Assembly: GCA_963666205.1 (NCBI GenBank) | Contig: OY762654.1 | Span: 800,001 to 864,000, forward strand | Length of the DNA: 64,000 bases | Direction of reading: 5' to 3' | Source: Synergistales bacterium | Lineage (GTDB): Bacteria > Synergistota > Synergistia > Synergistales > JAFGMB01 | In this document: positions 21,084 to 30,783 of the stretch, one piece after another | How the letters are laid out: the number at the start of each line of letters is the position of its first letter | How positions within the stretch are numbered: position 1 is the stretch's first letter | The notes under the pieces: generated by a model | What the model was told of the DNA's origin: nothing | Seen by the model: only the letters and a program-made list of their open reading frames with translations | Database searches by the model: none | Position numbers and translations under genes: made by a program

Positions 21084-22745
21084 TCAGGGTACAGAAACTT
21101 CGATGGGCCTGGATATGATCCTGAAGATAACACAGGCTACAAATGCTGATATGATAACGTTAGCAATGGCAGGGAATCCCATTGCTACCCCTGCATAGCC
21201 CACAAGAGCTCCTGCTGCTGCAGTAAGAGCATATGGTATCTGGCTGTTTACATGATCCATGTGGTCAGCTCCACTGAACATGGAAGACATAATGGTGGTA
21301 TCGGAAATCGGGCTGCAGTGATCCCCCCAGACAGCACCAGCAAAGACTGCTCCAATGGTGGGGATCATGAACATCATGGGGTCTATACCTGCACCCTGGG
21401 AAACCTTGTAAACCAACGGTACAACAATGGGCATAAGGATACCCATTGTTCCATAGGATGTACCTGTACAGAAGGATATTATCGCTCCGGTAATAAAGGT
21501 TATAACAGGTATCCAGCCAGGAGAAAGGATATCTCCTGCAATGCTCACGATGTATGATGCAGTACCCACCTGTTTTATGGATGATCCGATCCCCCAGGCA
21601 AAGACAAGTATTATGGTACCGACAAATATTGACATCATGCCTTCCATATACCCTTTAAACATTTTCTGGGTTGAAGCGAGCCCCTGTACACCATAAAGAG
21701 CTATGGTTAGAAATACAGAACCAAAAGCACCCCAGACAAGAGCCTTGGAACTGCTGCCTTCTCCTATTGCTGTGGATACAGGCACTTCTGGCCACCCTCC
21801 GGTAATGATAAGCATCAGGAAGATGAGTGAAACGAGAAATACTATTGGAAGAATAAAGTTGATACCTCTCCTGGGACAATTCTTATCTGCACTAGTTCCC
21901 TCCACGCTTGTATTGACAAGGGGTTGTGCCCCATCCCGAAGGACTTTACCAGTCTTCCTGGCCCGCCTTTCAGCGGTAAGCATGGGACCAAAATCCCTCT
22001 GGGAAAAGACAACGTAAGTTAGAAGAACAAGGGCTACGATGTTATAGAGAACGAAGGGGATGGATTTCAGATAAGCAACGTATGGAGAAACAGTTATGCC
22101 GAGTTCATTGAACTGGCTTCCAATCTGTCCCACCATGTAGGCTATCCATGAAGAAATACCCGCGATACATGCAATAGGCGCCGCAGTTGTATCAACTATA
22201 TAGGAAAGTTTTTCCTTTGATATTCTGTACCGGTCAGTAATAGGTGACATGGTTGTCCCTACAACTGCAGTGTTGACATAATCCTCGAAGAAAATTATAA
22301 AACCTGCAAGTTCTGTGAAGAACATGGCTCCCCTTGGACTTTTGACCCTTCCTGTTATCCACTGTATTGCGGCATCTATACCGCCCCCCACTTTCATGAC
22401 ACCCACAAGTCCACCCATGGTAAGACTCGTCAGTACGATCCTGGCGCCCCAGGGATCGCCAAGACTGTTCCAGAGGGATTCCACTGCTTTACCGAAGCCC
22501 AGGATCGGGTTCCAGCCTGCAAGCATGGTCCCTGCAATCCATATACCGACGAAAAGAGAGGGTATCACTTCCTTCGTAATGATACAGAGACCTATTGCAA
22601 GAAGTGGAGGCAGTAAAGAGAGAATCCCGAAATTCGGCATATCTCCTTCCGCTCCCAGACTCATTCCCGCAAAAGCTAGAACAATAGAGACAGCCAAAGA
22701 AAAAACAGTAACCCGATGATTAGTTTTTTCACTCATTATTTCCAT
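21084..22745 (-). CDS. NhaC/Na+:H+ antiporter-family (LysW-like) amino-acid transporter
   Basis: Polytopic membrane protein with FFEDY, DTTAAP, TGTSYGT, GDHCSPISDTTIMSS, DHVNSQIPY. Co-oriented downstream of lysA. Confidence 0.88.
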   Translation of the reverse strand: MEIMSEKTNHRVTVFSLAVSIVLAFAGMSLGAEGDMPNFGILSLLPPLLAIGLCIITKEVIPSLFVGIWIAGTMLAGWNPILGFGKAVESLWNSLGDPWGARIVLTSLTMGGLVGVMKVGGGIDAAIQWITGRVKSPRGAMFFTELAGFIIFFEDYVNTAVVGTTMSPITDRYRISKEKLSYIVDTTAAPIACIAGISSWIAYMVGQIGSQFNELGITVSPYVAYLKSIPFVLYNIVALVLLTYVVFSQRDFGPMLTAERRARKTGKVLRDGAQPLVNTSVEGTSADKNCPRRGINFILPIVFLVSLIFLMLIITGGWPEVPVSTAIGEGSSSKALVWGAFGSVFLTIALYGVQGLASTQKMFKGYMEGMMSIFVGTIILVFAWGIGSSIKQVGTASYIVSIAGDILSPGWIPVITFITGAIISFCTGTSYGTMGILMPIVVPLVYKVSQGAGIDPMMFMIPTIGAVFAGAVWGDHCSPISDTTIMSSMFSGADHMDHVNSQIPYALTAAAGALVGYAGVAMGFPAIANVIISAFVACVIFRIISRPIEVSVP

Positions 22746-22789
22746 TCCTCCCTGTTCTGGATGAAATAAATATTTAAAGCTCGATAAAT

Positions 22790-24079
22790 TTATTCAAGAT
22801 GTTCAGGAATGATTTCTCCTCTGAGGAGATCTTCATAGGTCTGTCTTTCCACTATGATATCAGCCTTTCCTTCACTGACCAGCACCACTCCCGGTCGAGG
22901 ATTTCTATTATAATTACTGGCCATGGAAAAATTATATGCTCCCGTGTTAAAAACAGCCAGAATATCCCCGGATCTGGTTGAAGGAATTTCAAGATCGCGG
23001 ATCAGCACATCCCCCGATTCACAACATTTCCCTACAACTGACACTTTCATGGAAGCTTCTGCATCCATTCTGTTGGCCACCACCCCATGATAAAGCGCTC
23101 CATAGAGTGCCGGCCTGGGGTTATCCGTCATCCCGCCGTCTACACTGACATAGGTAATGACACCAGGAATTTCCTTGAGTAAACCTATGGAATACAAGGT
23201 AATACCAGCTTCGGATACTATCCATCGTCCAGGCTCTATTATAATCCGGGGTATTTTCAGATCTCTATCCTGACATCCAGAGATGATCCTCTCCATTATG
23301 GGATCAGTAAAATCAGAAAGCTTTACCGGATCTTCACCAGGTAACTCGGGCACTCCAAAACCGCCTCCCACATTGAGTTCCTCAGTTAGAAAACCAGACC
23401 TGCCCCTCACATTGGAGATCAGATCCAGAAGGACATTAACCGCCATAAGATGGGACATATTATCTTTCAGTTGTGAACCTACATGAAAATGAAATCCCCT
23501 GAGATGGAAGAACCTTGATGTCATTGCTCTCTCGACGACCCTTGTTATTGAATCTCCCAGTACAGGCATGCCAAATTTGGAGGCGGTGTGTCCGGTAGCT
23601 ATGTATTTATGGGTATGGGCATCCACCCCAGGAGCAACCCGAAAAAGGATATCTGCCTCACCCCCCACTTCTGCTGCTATCCCTTCGAGGATGTCATATT
23701 CATTTTCACTGTCTACTACTATTCTGCCCACACCATTTTCAAGGGCTAACCTGAGTTCATCAGGTGATTTGTTATTCCCGTGGAAGATCACTTTTTCCAT
23801 GGGAAATCCTGCTTTTACTGCCGTATATATCTCTCCTCCCGAAACAACATCAAGCCCAATTCCCTCAGTTTCAAGAATGCGACACATGGCAAGGGTAAGA
23901 AAAGCCTTGCTGGCATAGACAGCATGGGTATTTTCATACTTTTTCAGAAAACATGACTGAATCTCCCTGCACCGGTTTCTTATCGCATCCTCTGAAAGGA
24001 CATAGAGAGGAGTCCCAAAACGGGAAGCCAGATCAACTACATCCCATCCTCCAAAGATCAGATTATTTTTTCTTTTCAT
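22790..24079 (-). CDS. lysA: Diaminopimelate decarboxylase
   Basis: GTPLY, YASKA, HGNNKS, HFHVGSQ, GGG, EPGR, CESGD, TGAY..MASNYN. True start ATG 24079 with GGGAGG RBS; the longer ORF runs into the T-box leader. Confidence 0.96.
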   Translation of the reverse strand: MKRKNNLIFGGWDVVDLASRFGTPLYVLSEDAIRNRCREIQSCFLKKYENTHAVYASKAFLTLAMCRILETEGIGLDVVSGGEIYTAVKAGFPMEKVIFHGNNKSPDELRLALENGVGRIVVDSENEYDILEGIAAEVGGEADILFRVAPGVDAHTHKYIATGHTASKFGMPVLGDSITRVVERAMTSRFFHLRGFHFHVGSQLKDNMSHLMAVNVLLDLISNVRGRSGFLTEELNVGGGFGVPELPGEDPVKLSDFTDPIMERIISGCQDRDLKIPRIIIEPGRWIVSEAGITLYSIGLLKEIPGVITYVSVDGGMTDNPRPALYGALYHGVVANRMDAEASMKVSVVGKCCESGDVLIRDLEIPSTRSGDILAVFNTGAYNFSMASNYNRNPRPGVVLVSEGKADIIVERQTYEDLLRGEIIPEHLE

Positions 24080-24129
24080 CCAGATACCTCCCGGCATGTT
24101 TATCTTTCCATCCTGTTTTCCGAACACAT

Positions 24130-24388
24130 AAAAAAGAGACTCATCCCACTGTAGGGACGAGTCTCTTATATATGATCTCGCGGTACCACCCTGCTTGGAC
24201 ATTCTACGAATATCCCGCTTATAAGCCCTTTTACGGAGGCCTGATCCGGGAAGCTTACTTCGAATAATCTCTTTCAGCCCCAGCTCCGCGGGCTTTATGC
24301 CTTAAGTGTTCGTTGAGGATATTTTTCAGCCGGTGAATATCCTTCTCTGTCAACGATTATCTCCTAAGACGTCCCGTTTCATAGCCTT
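24130..24388 (-). promoter_or_regulatory. T-box riboswitch, Lys (AAA) specifier
   Basis: Stem I with AGAGA bulge and GGCUGA distal loop. Specifier loop AUAAAG (AAA at 24294-24296). T-box AGCAGGGUGGUACCGCG (24179-24195). Terminator AAGAGACUCGUCCC..GGGAUGAGUCUCUUUUUU. Confidence 0.92.
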
Positions 24389-24436
24389 TACAATATTCAC
24401 ACGGGAAAGACCTTAAAGTATCCCGGATTGCGGGTT

Positions 24437-24466
24437 ATTATACAAAGGGCCCAGACTCTATGTCAA
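24437..24466 (-). promoter_or_regulatory. Sigma70-type promoter of the T-box/lysA operon
   Basis: TTGACA-N18-TATAAT just upstream of the T-box leader. Confidence 0.8.
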
Positions 24467-24500
24467 TAAGCAATAATTAACAGTACCCGGGAATCTCCTC

Positions 24501-25163
24501 TCATAACAAGGGATTATCCTCAACAATCACTCCCTTTAACAGGGGGACAAACTGACAGTAATCATACCATGTATCCTTAAATTGAGAACCCCGTTTTATC
24601 CTTACAAGTAGCTGTTCCAGACCTGGTTTTACCCTGAGAGGTATTACGATCCTTCCTCCATTCGCCAACTGATTCATCCATGCATCCTCTATCCTGTCTG
24701 AAGCAGCTGTTACAATAATACCGTCATAGGGAGAATCTGGTTCATACCCTTTTCTTCCGTCAGATACCAGAACCTTAACAGAATAGCCAAGCTCCCTTAA
24801 CACGTTCTGTGCCCTTTTCCCCAGTTCTTCTATCCTCTCAATGGAATTCACTACCATCCCCATCTCAGAAAGGACAGCCGCCTGGTAACCGGATCCTGTT
24901 CCTATCTCAAGTATCTTTGTCCCCTCTTGAGGTGATGGAACCAGGAGGTCTGTCATTTTAGCCACCATATATGGCTGAGAAATGGTCTGGTCCAACCCTA
25001 TGGGTACAGCACAGTCCGAATAGGAAAGTCTCTGATATTCAGGTGGGACGAACATATGTCTTGGAATGTTTTTCATGGCCTCAAGAAGGCTGGTGTTCAA
25101 TATCCCTCTGGAGCAGATCTGTGCAGTAACCATTTCTCCGGCATAAATTCTCCAGCCTTCCAC
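24501..25163 (-). CDS. pcm: Protein-L-isoaspartate O-methyltransferase
   Basis: PRHMFV, QTISQPYMVA, LEIGTGSGYQAA, PYDGIIVTAA, FVPL. Confidence 0.95.
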   Translation of the reverse strand: MEGWRIYAGEMVTAQICSRGILNTSLLEAMKNIPRHMFVPPEYQRLSYSDCAVPIGLDQTISQPYMVAKMTDLLVPSPQEGTKILEIGTGSGYQAAVLSEMGMVVNSIERIEELGKRAQNVLRELGYSVKVLVSDGRKGYEPDSPYDGIIVTAASDRIEDAWMNQLANGGRIVIPLRVKPGLEQLLVRIKRGSQFKDTWYDYCQFVPLLKGVIVEDNPLL

Positions 25164-25261
25164 GGATATCTCCTCTTTTCAGCATATAACATGACTATAT
25201 TATACATCTGAACAGGTGAATAGCCGATCGCAACCCTTTGATTAAAAGTCTAGTCGACTCT

Positions 25262-26476
25262 TTACCCTGTTGCCACAAAATTCTTCAAGGCTCTGTTGAG
25301 ACGAATAACACCCTCCCTGGACTGATCCTCAAGAACCTGGGCAAAGGAAAAACGCAGATAGTTCTCTCCTCCTGTTCCTACGAAAAAACCTTCTCCAGGT
25401 ATTACTCCTATCTTTTCATTGATAGCGGCATAACGTGAAAATTCCAGTCCTTTAAGTCCCTTCATACTTCCCCAAATAAAGAAACCGCCCTCCGGAGGTG
25501 AAAAACTGAACCCCAGGGGTGTTAACAGTTCATATACATTTTTCACCATACTATCCCGTCTTGACCTGTATGTACTTCTGATGTTATCAAGGTGCAGAGG
25601 AAAAAGAGGGTCATCGACCACATTTAAGACTGTTTTATGGATAATGGAAGGAAGATTGATCTCGAGGGCGACCCTTAGTTCTGCTGCTTTCTTCATAATG
25701 GAAAGGGGCAGTACCATATATCCACATCTCAGCCCGGGAGCAATGATCTTGGAAAAACTGCCAAGGTAAATGACCCTTTCGTCATCTCTGGAAAGGCTCA
25801 GGAATGTAGGAGGCGGAGAAGAATCAAACCATAGTTCCCGATAGGGATCATCTTCCACTATCAGGAAATCATATTTCTCTGCAAGATCGAGGATCTCTAC
25901 CTTTCTTTCTTTGGAAATACTTCTTCCGGAAGGATTCTGGAAGGTAGGGATTGAATAGAAAAAGGAAACCCTGTTCTTTTTCAGGAAATCTTCCATAACC
26001 TGAAGGTCTGGCCCTTCTTCCTTCAACGGTACAGGGAGGAAATTCACACCTTCCTTTCCAAAAGACATTATGGCCTCTGTATAGGAAGGATCTTCAACAA
26101 GTACATTATCCCCTTCTTTCAAAAACATAAGGGAGATAAAATTAAGACCTGCCTGAGAACCATTGGTCAGAAAGATCCGCTCCATTCCCGGATTGCCTGC
26201 GCAGTATTGATTTGTCTCCAGCCATGAGGAGATCCATGCCCGGAGGCCGGGGTCTCCGGAAGGTTCCGAATAAGCGAGTGTTCCCGGGTCATTCAGAAGA
26301 GTTTCATCAATGGCAGATCTGATCTTTTCCAGAGGGTGAAGATCCATTGAAGGTTCTCCAGCTGTAAAACTTATACAGCCGGGCCTTGAAACAAGAGTCA
26401 TCATCTCCTGAATAATCGAAGGTTTAAGCCTTTTCATTCTGATGTTGAATAAACTGCTCCAGGACAAAGGGACCAC
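25262..26476 (-). CDS. PLP-dependent class I aminotransferase (2-aminoadipate/aromatic type)
   Basis: TNGSQ, PTFQNPSG, EDDPY, GSFSKIIAPGLRCG, LRFSF. Confidence 0.9.
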   Translation of the reverse strand: MVPLSWSSLFNIRMKRLKPSIIQEMMTLVSRPGCISFTAGEPSMDLHPLEKIRSAIDETLLNDPGTLAYSEPSGDPGLRAWISSWLETNQYCAGNPGMERIFLTNGSQAGLNFISLMFLKEGDNVLVEDPSYTEAIMSFGKEGVNFLPVPLKEEGPDLQVMEDFLKKNRVSFFYSIPTFQNPSGRSISKERKVEILDLAEKYDFLIVEDDPYRELWFDSSPPPTFLSLSRDDERVIYLGSFSKIIAPGLRCGYMVLPLSIMKKAAELRVALEINLPSIIHKTVLNVVDDPLFPLHLDNIRSTYRSRRDSMVKNVYELLTPLGFSFSPPEGGFFIWGSMKGLKGLEFSRYAAINEKIGVIPGEGFFVGTGGENYLRFSFAQVLEDQSREGVIRLNRALKNFVATG

Positions 26477-26591
26477 CTCTTTTTTCTATATATACACTAG
26501 ATTAAATACCAGAAAGCGCTCAAGTTCTCAACATTGAGAAATCCGTAACCAGATAATTTGTATCTCTCTGTTGATTTTTCAGTTTACTCTA

Positions 26592-26620
26592 TTGACAAAA
26601 AGGACTTAACCCATTATTCT
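26592..26620 (+). promoter_or_regulatory. Candidate sigma70 promoter
   Basis: TTGACA-N17-TATTCT upstream of the binding-protein gene. Confidence 0.55.
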
Positions 26621-26690
26621 TTCTGGAAAAGTATTATTGTTTATAAAAAGTACTAATACTTAACTTTAGTTTATATGGAGGAAATTTATA

Positions 26691-27446
26691 ATGAAGAAAT
26701 TATCTATGATAATTTTACTTGTTACTGCAGTTCTATCTGTCAGCGTTACTACTTGGGCAGGTGTTCTCGATAATGATGTCATAAAAGTCGGAACCGAGAG
26801 CACCTACCCCCCCTATGAATTCAGAGATGAAAATAATAACCTTAAGGGATTCGATATTGAGATGATGGAGGCTATTGCGGAAAAGATCGGGAAAAAGATT
26901 GAATGGGTGGATATGCCCTTTGACAGCCTGATACCCGCTCTTCTCTCGAAAAAGATCGATATTATAGCTGCTGGATTGAGCGCTACCGAGGAAAGGGCAA
27001 AAAAGGTCTCCTTTTCAACTCCCTACGAAATATCTCTAAGCACTTTCATAGTCAAGGCAGACAACAATTCAATCAAAAACATTGACGACTTGAAAGGTAA
27101 AGTGGTAACAGCCCAGCTCGGGACGGTCCAGGACGCTTACGCTAAAACCATCGAAGGAGTTTCGGTAAAACCCTTCCAGAAATTTGACGACTGCGTAAGG
27201 GAAGTTGCATTGGGAAGGGCTGACGCAACTCTGATGGACAGACCGGTTGCATTGAAATTCGTCGAACAGAAGGACTTCGAAGGCAAGGTCAAGATCGCCT
27301 TTGATCATGAAATAACTGGTTCTGGAAAGGCCCTGGCCATGAACCTCGATGAAGGAGATTTTACCGAAGCAGTAAACAAGGCCCTTGATGAAATGGTCAA
27401 ATCAGGTGAACTGGATAATATGAAGGCTAAATGGTTCACGGAATAA
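26691..27446 (+). CDS. Polar/basic amino-acid ABC transporter substrate-binding protein (family 3)
   Basis: Signal peptide; YPPYEF, GFDIE, FDSLIPAL, TEERAK, GTVQ, C-terminal KWF. Confidence 0.93.
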   Translation: MKKLSMIILLVTAVLSVSVTTWAGVLDNDVIKVGTESTYPPYEFRDENNNLKGFDIEMMEAIAEKIGKKIEWVDMPFDSLIPALLSKKIDIIAAGLSATEERAKKVSFSTPYEISLSTFIVKADNNSIKNIDDLKGKVVTAQLGTVQDAYAKTIEGVSVKPFQKFDDCVREVALGRADATLMDRPVALKFVEQKDFEGKVKIAFDHEITGSGKALAMNLDEGDFTEAVNKALDEMVKSGELDNMKAKWFTE

Positions 27447-27467
27447 AGTCAATATAAAACCTTTTTC

Positions 27468-27509
27468 AATAAATACGGAGGGATCCCTGAGGGTCCCTCC
27501 GTATTTATT
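27468..27509. terminator. Bidirectional terminator hairpin
   Basis: aataaatacggaggga-N10-tccctccgtatttatt between convergent genes. Confidence 0.8.
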
Positions 27510-28752
27510 TTATCTTAAGGATAACGCAATTTCCTGCAGGAAGGATAATACCTCTCGTGGCCGATAAAGACATTTTCTCAAGACAATTCATAGCTTCTCC
27601 GATGGAATGATATACCTGACCGGGAAAGGGAACATCCTTTTGAGGAGTTACAAGTATGGCATGGTGTGACTGAAGATCCATGACCAGCTTTAAGGCACAA
27701 AATGCAGGGATAGTAAAATTGCTCTTCAGTTCATGCAGTATCCGGTGTGGATCTCTCATGCTGATTTCAAGGGCTTCACCATAGTTCCCGGGACCGGATC
27801 CATCGTAAAGATCTGCCACCATAATAATGGTGCCACCTTCCTTTAAAGCTCCCAGAACTGCACTGACTGATTTTGTAGCCTGGTACAGGTCTATGTCATA
27901 GGGATATCCCCCGGGCGACACAATTGCCCAGTCTGCCTTCTCTTCTACCAACAAAGTCTGAAGACCTTCAGCGATGGCAACACCTCGCAGCCAGGCAGCA
28001 GTGGGATCTCCAGCCACATATCTCCAGGGTAGACCCCTTTCATCCGGGATAACATTGAGGATAAATGTTTTTTTACCTCCTAAAGCAAGTTCCGCGTACT
28101 CCATCATATCCTCATGGACAGGATTACCTTTAAGTTTCCCGCATCCGATCGAAGGGGCTAAACGTCCTCTCTCAAGGCATAGGGAATGGTTCTTGATGAT
28201 CGATCCCCTTCCGCTCACACCTGGAATTATGGCCTTTCTGCCACCACTGAAACCAGCTAGCTCATGATAGGTTATACCGCCGATAAGTACTGCAAGTTCT
28301 GCCTCAAAGACTCGTCTATGAAGGGTTACAGCATTGCCCCATGAGGTAACCAGTCCCGTATCTACAGAGGAACTGGAATCATGGCAATAAAGGTGATCCG
28401 TTTCACGCCTGGCATTTCCCAGAAGAAGATCTATCTCCTCTTTCAATGGAGGACGATGCTGTCCACCTCCTATGATCCAGTCCACACTGACAGCATTTTC
28501 AAGAGAATTCCGAACAGCCTCAGCCATGGTCCTTACATTCTGCCAGGATCTTGTGGCGTCTGGAATTACTACAGCTATGCTGGAAACTCTTTCGGCCATT
28601 GTTACAAGTCCAGGAGAACCCAGTGGGTTTTTCAGCGCTTCTTCCGGCGTATTGGAATCAATCTTCACGACCGCCCCCCTTGGACAAATGACGGAGCTTT
28701 CAAGATCAAACTCAACATGGGACTTTCCGGATAAAAGGCTATGTCTCCCCAT
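27505..28752 (-). CDS. LarA-family nickel-pincer-dependent racemase/epimerase
   Basis: PDATR, GGGQHR, HELAGFSGGRKAIIPG, NH, GNPVHEDM, GGYPYDIDLYQATK. Confidence 0.87.
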   Translation of the reverse strand: MGRHSLLSGKSHVEFDLESSVICPRGAVVKIDSNTPEEALKNPLGSPGLVTMAERVSSIAVVIPDATRSWQNVRTMAEAVRNSLENAVSVDWIIGGGQHRPPLKEEIDLLLGNARRETDHLYCHDSSSSVDTGLVTSWGNAVTLHRRVFEAELAVLIGGITYHELAGFSGGRKAIIPGVSGRGSIIKNHSLCLERGRLAPSIGCGKLKGNPVHEDMMEYAELALGGKKTFILNVIPDERGLPWRYVAGDPTAAWLRGVAIAEGLQTLLVEEKADWAIVSPGGYPYDIDLYQATKSVSAVLGALKEGGTIIMVADLYDGSGPGNYGEALEISMRDPHRILHELKSNFTIPAFCALKLVMDLQSHHAILVTPQKDVPFPGQVYHSIGEAMNCLEKMSLSATRGIILPAGNCVILKIK

Positions 28753-28770
28753 AATATTTCCCCCTGAAAT

Positions 28771-29397
28771 TCATTTATCAATACACCATCGGTAGGATGA
28801 CCTGGGACGTCCCGGTCTCCCATCCTGTAAAATACTGGTTTTCACAACCAACCCCCGGTTAGAGAGATATTCCAGATATCTGTGGGCGGTAACATAGGAG
28901 AGATCACATTTACAGGATAAATCTTCACAGGTAACATCAGTTCCGCTATCCCTTACAAAGATAATTATTCGATGTAGAGTATCACTGCTTATTCCCTTCT
29001 TGCGTTCATCCCAGTTAAGGGATCTTCTCTGAAGAACAAGTTTTCCATGAAGTCTTATTCGCGCTTTAAAATCGGCAAGGTGTATGGGCTTGGTAATAAA
29101 ATCGTCAGCTCCTGCCAGCAGAAGTTCTGAAGCAAGTTTCTCATCATCTTCTATGGTAAGGGCTATGAGTACAATTTCTCTGGATAACTGTCTGGACTTC
29201 TCTATAACCTCAAGCCCGTTCATTACAGGCATATGAAAATCTACAAGGAGTATATCGATCTCTTTACCTGATATCCATTGGAAACAGGTGTTAGGATCCG
29301 TAGCTGTGATCATGTTCCATCCCTGGGTCGAGGCCATGGCCTCCAGAGTGTAGAGTATATAAGGGTCATCGTCTATTGCACCAATATAAAGAGACAT
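28771..29397 (-). CDS. Response regulator (REC + CitB/DcuR-like HTH)
   Basis: IDDD, VDFHMP, FITKP; C-terminal LSYVTAHRYLEYL..GRP. Confidence 0.88.
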   Translation of the reverse strand: MSLYIGAIDDDPYILYTLEAMASTQGWNMITATDPNTCFQWISGKEIDILLVDFHMPVMNGLEVIEKSRQLSREIVLIALTIEDDEKLASELLLAGADDFITKPIHLADFKARIRLHGKLVLQRRSLNWDERKKGISSDTLHRIIIFVRDSGTDVTCEDLSCKCDLSYVTAHRYLEYLSNRGLVVKTSILQDGRPGRPRSSYRWCIDK

Positions 29398-29430
29398 GAT
29401 ATTCCCCCCATCCTTTATTCAGTATCTGTT

Positions 29431-30783
29431 TTAACGTGGTAATCTGAGTGTGACGATCGCTCCTCCGTCAAAACCATCGGAAAGGGTCATCTGTCCTCCG
29501 TGATCATCAATGACCTGCTTGACAAATCCCAGACCGATACCTGTAGAATCCCAGCCAGAGCAATTATGAATATAGCCTTCAGGGCCAAATCCCGGACCAT
29601 TATCAATAACGATAATTGTAACTTGACAGTTATCCGCAGAAACTTTAATTTCTATCAGCGGATCCTTTTTCGAACTTACTGCCCTGCGGGAATTATCAAG
29701 AAGATTTACCAAAGCCCTTGATAAACGAACCAGGTTAATGGATATTTCAGTGGAAAGAACACCTTGATCTGCGGTAATAAAGACATTATCCTTCCAGCCG
29801 AAGGGACTGATCTGGTTCAGAGTATAGTCCAGAAATTCAGAAAAAAGTATGTTTCTCCTGGCATTCGCATGGAGAATTTCCGAGATCATATCGTTCATAT
29901 TCCCTGCAGCTTTTGAAATAACCCCTGTATGGCAGATCATTTTTCCGGGATCGTCCAGAGCAAGTATCACATCTGTAAGACCAGTTATTGTGGTGAGGGG
30001 TCTTTTCAGGTCATGAACAAGCTGCTGGAGTTCAACCGCACCCCTGTTTCTGATATTCTCTTCTCTCAGTCGAGCCAGATTTTTTTCATTTTCACTCAGG
30101 AGAGCCATCTGTTTTAGCTGGTAACTATATGCAACCAGAAGTTCTGAAGTTATTACTCCACCGAGAAAGAGGCTGCTGAAAATAATGAAACCTGAAATAT
30201 TAAGTACCATTTCCCTATCCATCAGTGTCGCAAGCTCCTTGAGCGACATGGATAGTTCTCCCCAGCCCGCACCATAGGGTGTTAAAAGAGGTATTATATC
30301 GAACCATTGAAAGGAAAAAATGAACAGGGCAAGAGCTATTGCCTTGTTGAACCAGCCTGAAACCTCCCTTGTCATGTAATGAAGGATCAGGACACTGGCA
30401 ACACTAAGGACGGCAGGAATACCGAAATGAGGAACTATTCCCCTTCCCAGGGATGATACCAGAAGATATGACAGTGGTATGGCAAAAAGTGGGATTAACC
30501 ACGAGGAAAAGGATCTCTTCGGGAAAAACCTTGCCATACCTTCACCAAAGAGGAACCAGCCAAGATAAAGGGAAATTGCCCTCGTTGAATTTATTATGAC
30601 AAGGACAACCCCTGAGGCAAGGATGTATCCACTATCCCAATGCTCCACTGCCATATCCATAAAATGGAAGACCTTCGAAGTTGGAACAGACTGGGACATT
30701 ACCCACAGAAAAAGAAACCCCATGCCTGAAAAAAGATATTGCGAAGGAGTGTTATCTTTCCGTATCCCGGAAATATCAGCCAT
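29431..30783 (-). CDS. Multi-TM membrane sensor histidine kinase
   Basis: About 6 hydrophobic N-terminal segments; HDLKRPLT, NLLDNS, DNGPG, GIGLG. Start overlaps the pgsW stop. Confidence 0.9.
   Translation of the reverse strand: MADISGIRKDNTPSQYLFSGMGFLFLWVMSQSVPTSKVFHFMDMAVEHWDSGYILASGVVLVIINSTRAISLYLGWFLFGEGMARFFPKRSFSSWLIPLFAIPLSYLLVSSLGRGIVPHFGIPAVLSVASVLILHYMTREVSGWFNKAIALALFIFSFQWFDIIPLLTPYGAGWGELSMSLKELATLMDREMVLNISGFIIFSSLFLGGVITSELLVAYSYQLKQMALLSENEKNLARLREENIRNRGAVELQQLVHDLKRPLTTITGLTDVILALDDPGKMICHTGVISKAAGNMNDMISEILHANARRNILFSEFLDYTLNQISPFGWKDNVFITADQGVLSTEISINLVRLSRALVNLLDNSRRAVSSKKDPLIEIKVSADNCQVTIIVIDNGPGFGPEGYIHNCSGWDSTGIGLGFVKQVIDDHGGQMTLSDGFDGGAIVTLRLPR

Noticed and set aside
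24080-24202. N-terminal extension of LysA in the ORF track
   Set aside because: Overlaps the T-box antiterminator/terminator; the RBS supports ATG 24079.
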